Source: Ostreococcus lucimarinus (Eukaryota). Taken from it: DNA of 64,000 bases. Positions 9,320 to 18,875 of this stretch are shown piece by piece. The stretch lies in assembly GCA_000092065.1 (NCBI GenBank), contig CP000584.1. One strand, given 5' to 3'. The notes under the pieces were generated by a model. It ran no database searches, was not told where the DNA came from, and was given only the letters and a program-made list of their open reading frames with translations. Within the stretch, counting starts at the first letter, position 1. Each line of letters starts with the position of its first letter. The position numbers and the translations under genes were made by a program.

Positions 9320-10930
9320 ATGGCGCTGACGTCGACGCGCGCGACGACGACGACGACGACGACGACGGCGCGCGACGACGCGCGACGACGACGCGCGCGA
9401 ACGACGCGAAAAAACGCGACGCGCGCGTTTCCCGCGCCGAGGGACGACGACGCGGCGACGACGACGGCGACGACGGCGCGGACGCGGAATCGAGGGCGGG
9501 CGCGGGTGAACGCGGGCGACGCGCTGCGAGGCTTGTGGAGAGAGATTAAGTATAAACCGCTGAGAGAGGATGAATCGATCGAGGCGGTGGCGCTGATGGC
9601 GGCGCTTGAACTGGCGCGACGAGGACCCGAACCGGGGGAGACGTGGACCGCGGAGCGAGAGGAGATGCGAGCGCGGGCGCGGGCGTCGATTCCGAGCGCG
9701 GTGGGGACGTATTGGCGAGCGAGGAGCGAGGCGCTGATTGAAAGTCAAGCGGTGCGGGACGCGGCGCCGTTGATGTCGAGCGCGGTGAACGTGGCGATCG
9801 CGGGGGTGGTGCTGCGGTTGTTTTTGCCGCGCGTCGCGGCGCTGCAAGCGGTGGGTGGGTTCGACGAGTTGACTGAATTTTTTGGGTTGCCGCCGAGGAG
9901 CGAGTTGAGCGGATATTTGGATCAGTTGCGAGCGTTGCCCGTGGCGGCGGTGTTCGCGGTGTACGTTGGGTTGTTCGTGGCGGAAAAGTTGACGATGACG
10001 GATGAGTTTTTGCCGATCGGCTTCGTGCTGCCCGTGGTGTCGCCGGTGGTGTTCGGCGGCGTCTTCGGAGGGACGATGGTGACGTCGCTGGCGAGCACGC
10101 TGGCGGCGAGCGTCAATTTCTTCCTCGCGCGGTACGTGTTGAAGGATAAGATATTAGGCTTTAAGTGGGGCGAAAGTGATCCCGTGGGCGAGCAAAAGTG
10201 GTTCGCCGCGCTGAGTCGAAGATTCGACTCGTCGCAATTCCCCGAGTCCACGGTGCCCGAGGGGTTCAAGTCGGCGCTCTTGCTCAGGCTGTGCCCGATT
10301 TTACCGATTCCGATAAGTGGGAACTGGTACGTGTGCGGGCTGACGCCTCTCAAATTCAAAGAGTTCTTCGCCGCGCACTTCATCGGAAGCTCGAAGACTG
10401 CGTTCATCGACGCGTATTTAGGTTCAATTTTGCTCACCGCGGTGTTCGACGAGTCATCCGTCAAGGACCAGGCGCAAGGCGCGCTCGTGTTCGAAACCGT
10501 CGCCATCATGGTTGTTTCCATCTTAGTCAGCACGTACGCCACGGAGCTCTTCACGCAGATTCTCGACGAAGAAGGCGTCGACGCGGGGGCGATGATGGGA
10601 TTCGGTTCGGAATCCAAAGACGAAGACGAAGGCGAAGACGCCGTCGACGCCACCGTCGCCTTCATCGCCGCCGCCGCCCTGCCCGTGGAACCAGCCGGCT
10701 CCACGGCGACGAGCGATGATGAACCGAAAGCCGACGACGACGAGAACGACGACGACGCCACGTCGAACGAACCTGAACTCATCCCAATCGAGCGCATGCC
10801 CGAGGATGAAAAAGTTTTAATCGCCGAAGGCGAAGCGCTCTGGCGACGCGCCGCGCGCGTCGAAGCCGAGCGTCAAAAGCTCACCATCGAAGAGATGACC
10901 GATTACGACTCCATGGGACCAGACATGTGA
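9320..10930 (+). CDS. TVP38/TMEM64 (DedA / SNARE-associated, VTT-domain) family membrane protein with a transit-peptide-like N-terminus and an acidic C-terminal tail
   Basis: The conserved part starts near 9530. The VTT-type motif is SALLLRLCPILPIPISGNWYVCGLTPLKFKEFFAAHFIGSSKTAFIDAYLGS, with several hydrophobic helices. I chose the in-frame ATG at 9320 (MALTSTRATTTT). The alternative ATG at 9161 would overlap the minus-strand ORF start. Confidence 0.65.
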   Translation: MALTSTRATTTTTTTTARDDARRRRARTTRKNATRAFPAPRDDDAATTTATTARTRNRGRARVNAGDALRGLWREIKYKPLREDESIEAVALMAALELARRGPEPGETWTAEREEMRARARASIPSAVGTYWRARSEALIESQAVRDAAPLMSSAVNVAIAGVVLRLFLPRVAALQAVGGFDELTEFFGLPPRSELSGYLDQLRALPVAAVFAVYVGLFVAEKLTMTDEFLPIGFVLPVVSPVVFGGVFGGTMVTSLASTLAASVNFFLARYVLKDKILGFKWGESDPVGEQKWFAALSRRFDSSQFPESTVPEGFKSALLLRLCPILPIPISGNWYVCGLTPLKFKEFFAAHFIGSSKTAFIDAYLGSILLTAVFDESSVKDQAQGALVFETVAIMVVSILVSTYATELFTQILDEEGVDAGAMMGFGSESKDEDEGEDAVDATVAFIAAAALPVEPAGSTATSDDEPKADDDENDDDATSNEPELIPIERMPEDEKVLIAEGEALWRRAARVEAERQKLTIEEMTDYDSMGPDM

Positions 10931-11034
10931 GTTGTTCGCGATCATTAGACACCACGCATTGTTTTAATCGCACCCATCCCATTCCCCTTTCGTTCGCGTC
11001 CCGCACACCGCGGCGGCCGGTACCGTCCGGCGTC

Positions 11035-11817
11035 ATGACCGACCCCACCGCGCGTCTCCGCGCCTTGGTCGAAAACGGCGTCGCCAAACGCTTCGACCTT
11101 CGCGCTTGGTCCGTGCAATCCGGCTGCGCGCGCGCGCGCGCGATCGAGCGCTTAGAGACGCTGCTCGAACAGGCGCGTCCCGACGTCATAAAGCTCATAG
11201 TCATGGAATCGCTTCAGGGGACGCCCGAGAGCGATCTAGACGTCATGGTGTACGGCGAGTGCGCGCCGCGCGCGTTTCTGGAGTTTATCAACGCGCACGC
11301 GCGGACGCTGGCGCTGGAACGCGCGGAAGAGGGAGATGAGACGCGACGCGGCGACGCGCGCGGGACGGCGTCGACGCGCGCGGCGCTGACGTATTACGAT
11401 TTAGGCAGCGGCGCGGGAAAATCCGTGCTCACCGCCGCGTTGTCACCGTATTTCGCGCGATGTCGTGGAATCGAGCTCTTGCCTTGCGTGCACGCGATCG
11501 CGGAAATTTTGGTGGAGGATTTCTCGCGAGACGTGGCGCCGCGAGACGACGGCGTCTCTCCGAGCGTCTCCGTCTCGCTCGGTGACATCTTCGTCGATCT
11601 CTCCTGGATCGACGCGGATTTCGTGTTTTGTAATTGCGTGACGTGGGACGAGGCGACGATGGCGCGATTGGCGTCGCACGCGGCGAAGATGCGACGCGGT
11701 GCTTTGTTCGTCACCGCGCTGTGTCCGCTGCCGAGCGACGCGTTCGAAGTCGTCGCCGAGGACGAGATCGATTTCAGCTGGGGGCGCGTCGACGCCATCG
11801 TCCACCGCAAGACGTAG
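11035..11817 (+). CDS. Class I SAM-dependent methyltransferase with a DOT1-like motif arrangement
   Basis: YYDLGSGAGKSVLTAAL...CRGIELLP...LGDIF...ADFVFCNCVTWDEATMARL resembles the DOT1 layout (DLGSGVG .. G.E .. GDF .. VNN..F). The first ATG after the upstream stop is 11035; the track start 10927 overlaps the previous gene. Confidence 0.5.
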   Translation: MTDPTARLRALVENGVAKRFDLRAWSVQSGCARARAIERLETLLEQARPDVIKLIVMESLQGTPESDLDVMVYGECAPRAFLEFINAHARTLALERAEEGDETRRGDARGTASTRAALTYYDLGSGAGKSVLTAALSPYFARCRGIELLPCVHAIAEILVEDFSRDVAPRDDGVSPSVSVSLGDIFVDLSWIDADFVFCNCVTWDEATMARLASHAAKMRRGALFVTALCPLPSDAFEVVAEDEIDFSWGRVDAIVHRKT

Positions 11818-12111
11818 CTCTTTTTTAGTTTTATTTTAGCCCGTAGCCGATCCCGCGTTCGTCGCTTTCGACGTCGAGTTTTCGGACGTCCGCGCGCGCG
11901 CGTCGTCCCGTCGTCCCGACTTTGGCCGTTAATCTTCGCTCACTGCTTCGGCGCGCCGCACTCCGTCCCGCGCGAAAAAACTTTCGCCGTGGCGCGCGCC
12001 GAGGTAAAAGCTCGCGCGGTCGATCGTTTCGCGTCGCGCTCGCGCGAACCGAGCGGCGCGCGGTGATACGACGCGGCGTCGCAAACCAAACGTTTAGAAT
12101 CTGTCCCAGCG

Positions 12112-12954
12112 ATGATGATGGTTCAAAGCGCGTCCACGCGCGTCCGAGCGCGCCCGAACGGCGTCGATCGACACCGCGCGACGCGTCGGACGCGCGTCGT
12201 TCGCGCCGCGGACGCCGGCGCGGATCGAGGGATGACGCGGGACGCGCGCGCGACGCGGGAGGTGGTGAGTCAACTGGGCGCGCGGCGAGACGCGAGCGCG
12301 CTGGCGCCGCGAACCGCGCACGGCGCCACGGTGGCGTACGTGCGGCAGCCGATCGAGGCGAAGAATGTGGAATTCATGACGCCGAACTTCGCGGTGTACG
12401 CGCTGTGTGGAGTGGGGTGCTTGTTGGGAAGCGCGCTGAGCGCGGTGCTGCTGAGTTTGATTCCGACGCTTCGAAGCGCGCGGCGAACGATGGATGAGAT
12501 TGCGTATCTCGCGGCGAGCGTGCGCGAGGAGGTGCCAGATACGCTCGCGGCGGTGCGTGTGAGTGGGTTGGAGCTCACGGACGTGATGGAGGAGGTTGGG
12601 GAACTGACGGCGGACGTCGGAGGAGGTTTGCGAAGCGCCGGACGCGGCATCACGGCGAGCGTGAACACGGCGCAGATGGTCGGGCGGTACGCGGCGGCGG
12701 CGGTTCCTGAGGTTCGAAGACGAGCGACACCGATCGTGGGATCGGTAAAGACTGGAACGGTGCGCGTGTTGGAGGAGCGCGCAGACATGGAACCGTACAG
12801 TGGACCCATCATATCGAACACGGCGAAGTCGGCGAAGAAGGGTGTGACGGCGGCGCGAAACGCTTTGAAATCTGCGGATGTGGCTCGAAACGTTGGTCGA
12901 TTATACAAGACGCTTCGCGCGCCGCCTGCGCGCCCAAAGGATATGCCAAAGTGA
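12112..12954 (+). CDS. Hypothetical single-pass membrane protein with a transit-peptide-like N-terminus (DUF948-like architecture?)
   Basis: ATG ORF. The N-terminus is Arg/Ala-rich, followed by one hydrophobic helix (FAVYALCGVGCLLGSALSAVLLSLI) and then helical, coiled-coil-like sequence. The family assignment is tentative. Confidence 0.55.
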   Translation: MMMVQSASTRVRARPNGVDRHRATRRTRVVRAADAGADRGMTRDARATREVVSQLGARRDASALAPRTAHGATVAYVRQPIEAKNVEFMTPNFAVYALCGVGCLLGSALSAVLLSLIPTLRSARRTMDEIAYLAASVREEVPDTLAAVRVSGLELTDVMEEVGELTADVGGGLRSAGRGITASVNTAQMVGRYAAAAVPEVRRRATPIVGSVKTGTVRVLEERADMEPYSGPIISNTAKSAKKGVTAARNALKSADVARNVGRLYKTLRAPPARPKDMPK

Positions 12955-12976
12955 TCGTCAAATTAGCTTAGTCGCA

Positions 12977-12981
12977 TGTAA
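12977..12981 (+). terminator. Candidate TGTAA poly(A) signal for gene 12112..12954
   Basis: The TGTAA pentamer lies 23 nt after the stop. UGUAA is the known dominant signal in Chlamydomonas; its use in this lineage is assumed. Confidence 0.3.
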
Positions 12982-13003
12982 GTGTATGATTTACGATTAT
13001 GAT

Positions 13004-13008
13004 TTACA
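13004..13008 (-). terminator. Candidate TGTAA poly(A) signal for gene 13036..16566
   Basis: The plus strand reads ttaca (TGTAA on the minus strand), 28 nt after the minus-strand stop. Confidence 0.3.
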
Positions 13009-13035
13009 GAAGGTGTGTTTACGTTTGCGAGAGTT

Positions 13036-16000
13036 TCAACGCGGCGACGAAGTCGCGGGCGTCGGAGACGCCGCGATGGCTTTGATCGCGTTGCCGCCAG
13101 AGAGGTCGCGCGCCAAGGATGGAAGCATCTCTTCGATCGGTCGAATACTGGGCAGCGCGCGCACGCTACCGCTGAGCGGAGAACCACCTCGATTGGCGTC
13201 GGCGAGCGGCTGACGAACCGCGCCGAAACCTCCGGCTGGTCGGTTGAGGAGCGCCGCCGTGGATCGTTGCTTTTCGAGCGCTTTTTGCATGTGCATGTCG
13301 CGCGTTTCCGTTTGTTCTCGTTCGAGCAGACGCGTTTTCTCGTCGAGATCGGCTTGCGTGTGTTGCAAGTCTTCCCATATCTTCTTCGTTTCTTCCCGTT
13401 GGCGATGCAACGTGTCCTTGTAACTCGCGATTTTATTCGTCGCTTGAATGTTCAATAACTCGAGATTACTGATCTTCTCGCGCGCTTCATCAAGTTTATT
13501 GCTTAACACTTGCATCTTGGCGTGCTCATCACTTACCGATTTCTCTAAGCGACTGACTTCACGGGAGAATTCTTCCGTCTTTGCGCGGAATTCCGTCGAG
13601 AGTGTCTCGTATGCCACGCGCGTCGTCGCCAACTCGTCTCGCATGCGAAGCTCGCGCGCTTGAGTTTCCTTGGCGGTTTCGTTGCTTCGAGACGCGTAAT
13701 CACGCGCGACTGACTCGGCGGCACGAGCGGACGCGGCTTCGCGTTCGGCTTCAGACATGTTCTTCAACATGTCCAAATACTTTTCGTTGTTCGCTTCCTC
13801 CTTTGAACGCGAGCGCTCAATCTCTGCCTTGGCGTACTCCACATCTTGCTTCCATTTTTCTTGCTGCAACGCCGTGGCCGTGAGCTCCGCCTTGAGTGCA
13901 GACATTTCTTTCTCCACTTGCACGAGCTGATCCGCCTTTTCTTCCAGTGCCTTGGATCGACCTTCCAAAGTGCCGTGCTCCTTCACGAGCGCTTCGTTTT
14001 GGCGTCGGAGATCTTGAAGTTCGGCGCGCGCCTCTCGCTCGCGTTCTTCCGCGGACTTTGCGGCAGCGGTGAACGCGGTGATTTCCATTTGGAACGACTT
14101 TGCCTCGGTTTCGCGCTGCACGAGCGCCTTTTCAGACGTAATGAGTTGCACCTTGGTGGCTTCTTCGCAACGCTGCGCGTCGTGCATCTTTTCGAGCGCC
14201 TCCTCGCGAGCGGCGGCGGCGTTTTCGAGCGCAACCTTGGACGCGGCGAGTTGCTTGTTGGAGTCTTCCAATTTCGCCTTCAAAGCAACCAGAGACATGT
14301 TGGACTTTTCCTTGGCGTCTCGCATGCTCTCACGCTCAGATTGCACCGCCTGCAGAGCGGCGGCGCTCGTCTCCTTGGCGTCGACGACAGCGCTCTCGAG
14401 TTCTTTGCGCTCTCGCGCAAAGTTTGCCCTGTCCTCATCTCTTTGTAATTTCGCCTCGCTCAACTTGCTGAACGCCTCTTCGAACTTCGATTGTAGCGTA
14501 GCCGTGGCCACGGCCGCTGCCTCACGCTGAGTACGAAGGTTGTCGACTTCGCTCTGGAGTTCGTCGCATTTAGCCGACTTGGCGTCGAGCTCGCGACGCA
14601 ACAAACTCTCGCGATGGTTGAGTTCGGCAGACTTCGTCTTCGTCACGTCTTCTTTTTCGGCACGCAACGTAGCGATTTGATTCTTCGCTTCGTCGTACTT
14701 GGCTTTCAAAGTCGCCACGTGAGCGCCCGACGATTCTCGCGTGGTACGCAACGCGGCGATTTCGGCTTCGAGCGCCTCAATCTTCGTCACCTTGTTTTCT
14801 AAGGCGCTCTTAAGCTCCGTTTCGCGACGATGAACCTCGTGCGACGCGGTTTCAATATGGTTTTCTTTATCTTCTCGCGCGGTCTTCAGGGCATTCTTCA
14901 CCTCTTCATATTTGACTTGAAGCTTGGCGGACGAAACGGTCTTGTCGTTGAGATTGGCGCGAAGCGCATCCACTTGCGCTTGGAGCGCCTTGACTTCGGC
15001 GGCTTGAGTCTCCAAATCCGACTTCACTCGCATCATCTCCGCAGCGTCGTTCGAAATATTTGAGTCGCTCGACGGCTTCGCCATCGTTCGCTCTTCTTGC
15101 ACCGCCGCTCGAAGCTCGGCGATTTCATTCATCGCGTCGTCGTACTTGCTTCGCAACGTCGCCGAATCCTCCACCTTCTTGTTGAGTCGTCCACGAAGCG
15201 CCTCGACGTGCGCCTTGAGCGATTCAATTTCTGTGATTTTGACACTCATTTCGGCATCGGTGGCGGTGCGCGTTGAGCGCGCCTCGTTCGAAGCCTCGAG
15301 CGCGGCGATGTGCTTCATGGCCTCTTCGTACTTGTTTTGAAGCTTTTCGAGATTCGCAGAAGAGTCTTCGCGCTTGGATCGGAAACCTTCGAGCTCAGCC
15401 TCGAGTTCGCACACGCGACGAGATTCCTTCGCCGAAACTTCCGAGAACTTCGTGAGCTGCGATTCGAGCTGACCGAGCTCGATGACGAGTTTGGACTTTT
15501 CGCTGACGAGCGCGTCGCGTTGATCCCGCAACTCGCTCGCCGAGCGTCGTGCCTTTTCATTCTCCGCCTTCATCTGCGCCTTATCTTCTTGCCACATCTC
15601 CTTGAACTTACTCACCTCTTCGCTCAACTCGTTGATCGTCGTGTTCTTTTCTTCTAAAAGATCGTCAATCTTCTTATCGAACGAGGCTTCCATGTCCGCG
15701 AACTTCTTCTCCGCCGCGCGACGCGCCGCCATCGCCGCCGACGCCTTGCTTCGAAGGCTTTCGCACTCCTCCTCGTAATCGCGAACTTGGCACACAAGTT
15801 TTTTCTTTTGCCTCTCCATGCGCTCTTCGTTCTCGCGCAAGACTTCAATCTCCACGATTTGATCGCGCTCGCGCGCCTCGGCGCGTTTCGTCTTTTCCCG
15901 TTCGGCGCGCAATTCGTCGTTGAGGGCGTTGAACTTTTCCTGACTCGCGCTCATCGCCTCTTGACGTTTGCGCCCTCGCGCCATGATCAACTCCGTCCGC

Positions 16001-16566
16001 AACGCCCGCGCGTGATTCAACTTCTCCACCGTCTCCCGCGTCCACTCCGCCTCCATGAGCGCCTTCACGCTCGACGGAAAGTAAAACCCCCCAAACCACA
16101 TCGAGCTCCCGTCTCGCATCGTCAGCGCCACCCCGCTCTCGCCCCATCCCTCGCTCCTCACCTCGATCCGCTCGATCTCTTTATACGCAATCTTCAGCGA
16201 TATCGGTTTCCCGCTCGATCGCCGCTTCGAGGGCGAGAACAACAGCCCGTCCCGCCTCGTCGCGTCGCTCGTCTCGCAATAAAAGCACGCGTGCCCGCTC
16301 GTGACGTACAAATCCCCCGTCCCGCTCGCGATCGGTCCGCCCAGATGCGCCCGGTACGTCTCCACCACCGTCTCGCTCGCGTTCAGCGAGAACAGCGCCC
16401 AGACGCCGCCCTTCGCGCGCGACGCGCGCCCGTCGTCCTTTCGTTTCTTGTGGCGCTGCGCCCAGCCCCGCATCTTCGCCTGGCACGCGATGACGCATCG
16501 TTTCTGGTGGTCCGTCAGCGATTCGTAGCGTTCCTCGACCGCGAGCAGGTCGCGCGCGGACACCAT
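13036..16566 (-). CDS. IQ-motif + GRAM-domain protein with a ~1000-aa coiled-coil rod
   Basis: The track ORF 13036..16635 starts at TTG; the first ATG is 16566 (MVSARDLL). IQ-like CQAKMRGWAQR lies at about 16450..16500. GRAM-like GDLYVTSGHACFYCE...ISLKIAYKEIERIEV lies at about 16051..16404. The rest is heptad-rich E/K/A/L sequence with five related modules at about 14440..15440. Confidence 0.75.
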   Translation of the reverse strand: MVSARDLLAVEERYESLTDHQKRCVIACQAKMRGWAQRHKKRKDDGRASRAKGGVWALFSLNASETVVETYRAHLGGPIASGTGDLYVTSGHACFYCETSDATRRDGLLFSPSKRRSSGKPISLKIAYKEIERIEVRSEGWGESGVALTMRDGSSMWFGGFYFPSSVKALMEAEWTRETVEKLNHARALRTELIMARGRKRQEAMSASQEKFNALNDELRAEREKTKRAEARERDQIVEIEVLRENEERMERQKKKLVCQVRDYEEECESLRSKASAAMAARRAAEKKFADMEASFDKKIDDLLEEKNTTINELSEEVSKFKEMWQEDKAQMKAENEKARRSASELRDQRDALVSEKSKLVIELGQLESQLTKFSEVSAKESRRVCELEAELEGFRSKREDSSANLEKLQNKYEEAMKHIAALEASNEARSTRTATDAEMSVKITEIESLKAHVEALRGRLNKKVEDSATLRSKYDDAMNEIAELRAAVQEERTMAKPSSDSNISNDAAEMMRVKSDLETQAAEVKALQAQVDALRANLNDKTVSSAKLQVKYEEVKNALKTAREDKENHIETASHEVHRRETELKSALENKVTKIEALEAEIAALRTTRESSGAHVATLKAKYDEAKNQIATLRAEKEDVTKTKSAELNHRESLLRRELDAKSAKCDELQSEVDNLRTQREAAAVATATLQSKFEEAFSKLSEAKLQRDEDRANFARERKELESAVVDAKETSAAALQAVQSERESMRDAKEKSNMSLVALKAKLEDSNKQLAASKVALENAAAAREEALEKMHDAQRCEEATKVQLITSEKALVQRETEAKSFQMEITAFTAAAKSAEEREREARAELQDLRRQNEALVKEHGTLEGRSKALEEKADQLVQVEKEMSALKAELTATALQQEKWKQDVEYAKAEIERSRSKEEANNEKYLDMLKNMSEAEREAASARAAESVARDYASRSNETAKETQARELRMRDELATTRVAYETLSTEFRAKTEEFSREVSRLEKSVSDEHAKMQVLSNKLDEAREKISNLELLNIQATNKIASYKDTLHRQREETKKIWEDLQHTQADLDEKTRLLEREQTETRDMHMQKALEKQRSTAALLNRPAGGFGAVRQPLADANRGGSPLSGSVRALPSIRPIEEMLPSLARDLSGGNAIKAIAASPTPATSSPR

Positions 16567-16706
16567 CGTCGTCGTGTGCGCGCGTTCGCCGTTCGTCGTC
16601 GCGCGCGTCGCGCCGTGACGCGTCGCGAATCGCAATCGTCAACCGTGCACGCATTCGTCGCCGCGGTGTCGGTTTGGATCGTTCCCCTCGTCGCGCGTGC
16701 CTACTT

Positions 16707-16776
16707 CCGGGTGTTTTCGCGCGCGCACACCCGGGTGTTTTCGCGCGCGCACACCCGGGTGTTTCGCGCGCGCGCC
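16707..16776. repeat. 24-bp tandem repeat (2 perfect copies plus 1 diverged copy) in a divergent promoter
   Basis: ccgggtgttttcgcgcgcgcacac occurs at 16707..16730 and 16731..16754, followed by ccgggtgtttcgcgcgcgcg. Each unit junction forms CCCGGG. Confidence 0.9.
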
Positions 16777-16913
16777 GCCCGATCCGCCGTCGCGCGTCCC
16801 GCGTCGCGACTCGACGGCGCGCCGACGACGCGCGCGCTCGATCGCTCGACCGCTCGACCGCCGGACGACCGCCGCGCGAGGACGAGGACGCGCGACGGCG
16901 CGCGCGCGCGACG

Positions 16914-18875
16914 ATGGATGCGCCGCGGCGACCGTCCGGCGGCGGCGACGACGACGACGCGACGACGGCGCGCGCGACGACGACGACGGGCGCGAGCGAC
17001 GGAAGCGAAAAGTACGTCTCCGCGGCGACGCGGGCGCGACTGCGCGCGCGCGGGATCGACGCGTTGAACGCGATGCAGCTCGCGGTGTGCGAGGCGGCGG
17101 TCGGACGACGCGCGGACGCGACGTGTCGAGCGCCGACGGGGAGCGGGAAGACGCTGGCGTACGTGCTGCCGATCGCGAAGATGTTGGAGAGGGCGGCGCG
17201 CGACGGATCGGGGGGAGGCGGAGGCGGAGGCGCGGTGCGGGCGATGGTGGTGACGCCGACGCGGGAGCTGGCGAGTCAGGTGCGGACGCAGTGCGAGCGG
17301 TACTGCGGGGAGGGGTCGAGCGCGCTGTGCGTGGGAGGGACGAGCGCGAAGGCGCAGGAGGACGCGATTCGTAAGGGTGGGGCGAAGATTGTCGTCGGGA
17401 CGCCGGGGAGGATGAAGGAATTCATCGATCGGGGGGTGATCGAACCGCGCGCGGTGGAGATTCAGGTGTTGGACGAAATCGACCGCCTCCTCGACGGAGG
17501 GTTTGAGGGCGAGATCGACGCGGTGATGCGACCGCCCGGGACGTGTCAGACGCTTTGTTTTTCGGCGACGATCTCTGCGGCGTTGTCGAGATTTTTAGAT
17601 CGTAAACTCGTGCCCGGGTACGCGGAGGTGGTCGTCGCCGGACGAGGCGGCTCAAACGTGGGCGGGATGGTGGAGCACTTGGCGTACGCCACGAAGTCGG
17701 GAGACGACGCCGTCGGATCGGCGGTCGTGGACGCGTTAGAGCACTACGCGGGTGAGCACGTGGATGGGAGAGTCGGTGGTCAGGCGATCGTGTTCACGGA
17801 GACAAAGTCCACCGCGGAACGCGTCAGGGCGATGCTGACGAATATGTTGACGACGGTGCGTGCCTTTGAATTTTTCTCTTCTTTTTCGATCGAGTCGGTC
17901 GTCGATGACGAACAAACTATTAAGGGATTTATGAGATTGGAATCCGTTCCATGTTCGTACCAATAGACTACAATTCTCCGAGACGCCGACCTTCGAGACG
18001 CAGACGCAGACGAGCGCGTTTGTTCAATTTTTTCTCGTCCGAGTTCCAGAGGATTGCATGAATAATTCTTATCTACATTCCCTGAGATACCGGTGATTAC
18101 ACCTTTCAAGATGATGGAACTGCTTTGCGTTAGTTTTTTGACGCGCGCGCTCGCTCGCGTTCGATGGCGATGAAGATACACCTTATTTCACATGTTAGAC
18201 TGTCGAGATCGAGGGGTGAGGATCCTTCGATCGATGTGCACAACAATTCCGCCGAGCCATCGAATGCGGGCGAGGCAACCGATCTGACCCTCGTGCGCTC
18301 GCGATGACTGATTACCTTTTCCTTCTCGCGCGTAGGAATTCGACACTGGCAAACGAACTCGGCGAGTGGCGTCTTTACACGGCGACTTGCCGCAACCGGC
18401 GCGCGACGCGACGCTCGCGAACCTTCGCTCTGGCGAAGTCGACGTGCTCGTCGCTACAGACGTCGCCGCGCGTGGTCTCGATTTACCCGGAGTCGAGCTC
18501 GTCGTGCACGCAGACATGCCCAAATCTGCAGACACTTACTCGCACCGCGCCGGACGCGCCGGGCGTCCAGGGTGCGCCGTGCCCGGCGTTTCGTTGCTCA
18601 TCTCCCGACCCGAGCTCGCGTCTGAAATCACGCGCCTCGAGCGCGAAGCCAAGGTTTCGATTCGTCGTCTAGTGTTCATTGGCGAACGCGAACGCGTCGT
18701 CGTCACGGGTGACTTGGGCGCGAGCGTTTCCACGCTTGAGCCTGAAAGTCGCGAAAGCGCGCCCGCGAGACGGGACGACAGTCTCATCGCCGACCATTTC
18801 GCTCGCTTTGCGGATGACATTCAAAACATCGCGACGTCGAAGAAGAAAGGGAAATCGAAATCGCGCGGCAAATGA
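16914..18875 (+). CDS. DEAD-box (DEID variant) ATP-dependent RNA helicase, join(16914..17855,18336..18875), 493 aa
   Basis: Motifs in order: APTGSGKT, TPTRELA, GTPGR, LDEIDRLL and SAT in exon 1, then ATDVAARGLD and HRAGRAGR in exon 2. The track start 16674 is TTG; the first ATG is 16914. Confidence 0.85.
17856..18335 (+). other. Spliceosomal intron (helicase, 480 nt, AT-rich)
   Basis: GTGCGT donor, ACTGAT at 18307..18312, a pyrimidine tract and a TAG acceptor at 18333..18335, phase 0. The splice joins ..MLTNMLTT to EFDTGKRTRRVASLHGDL.., which completes the helicase core. Confidence 0.85.
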
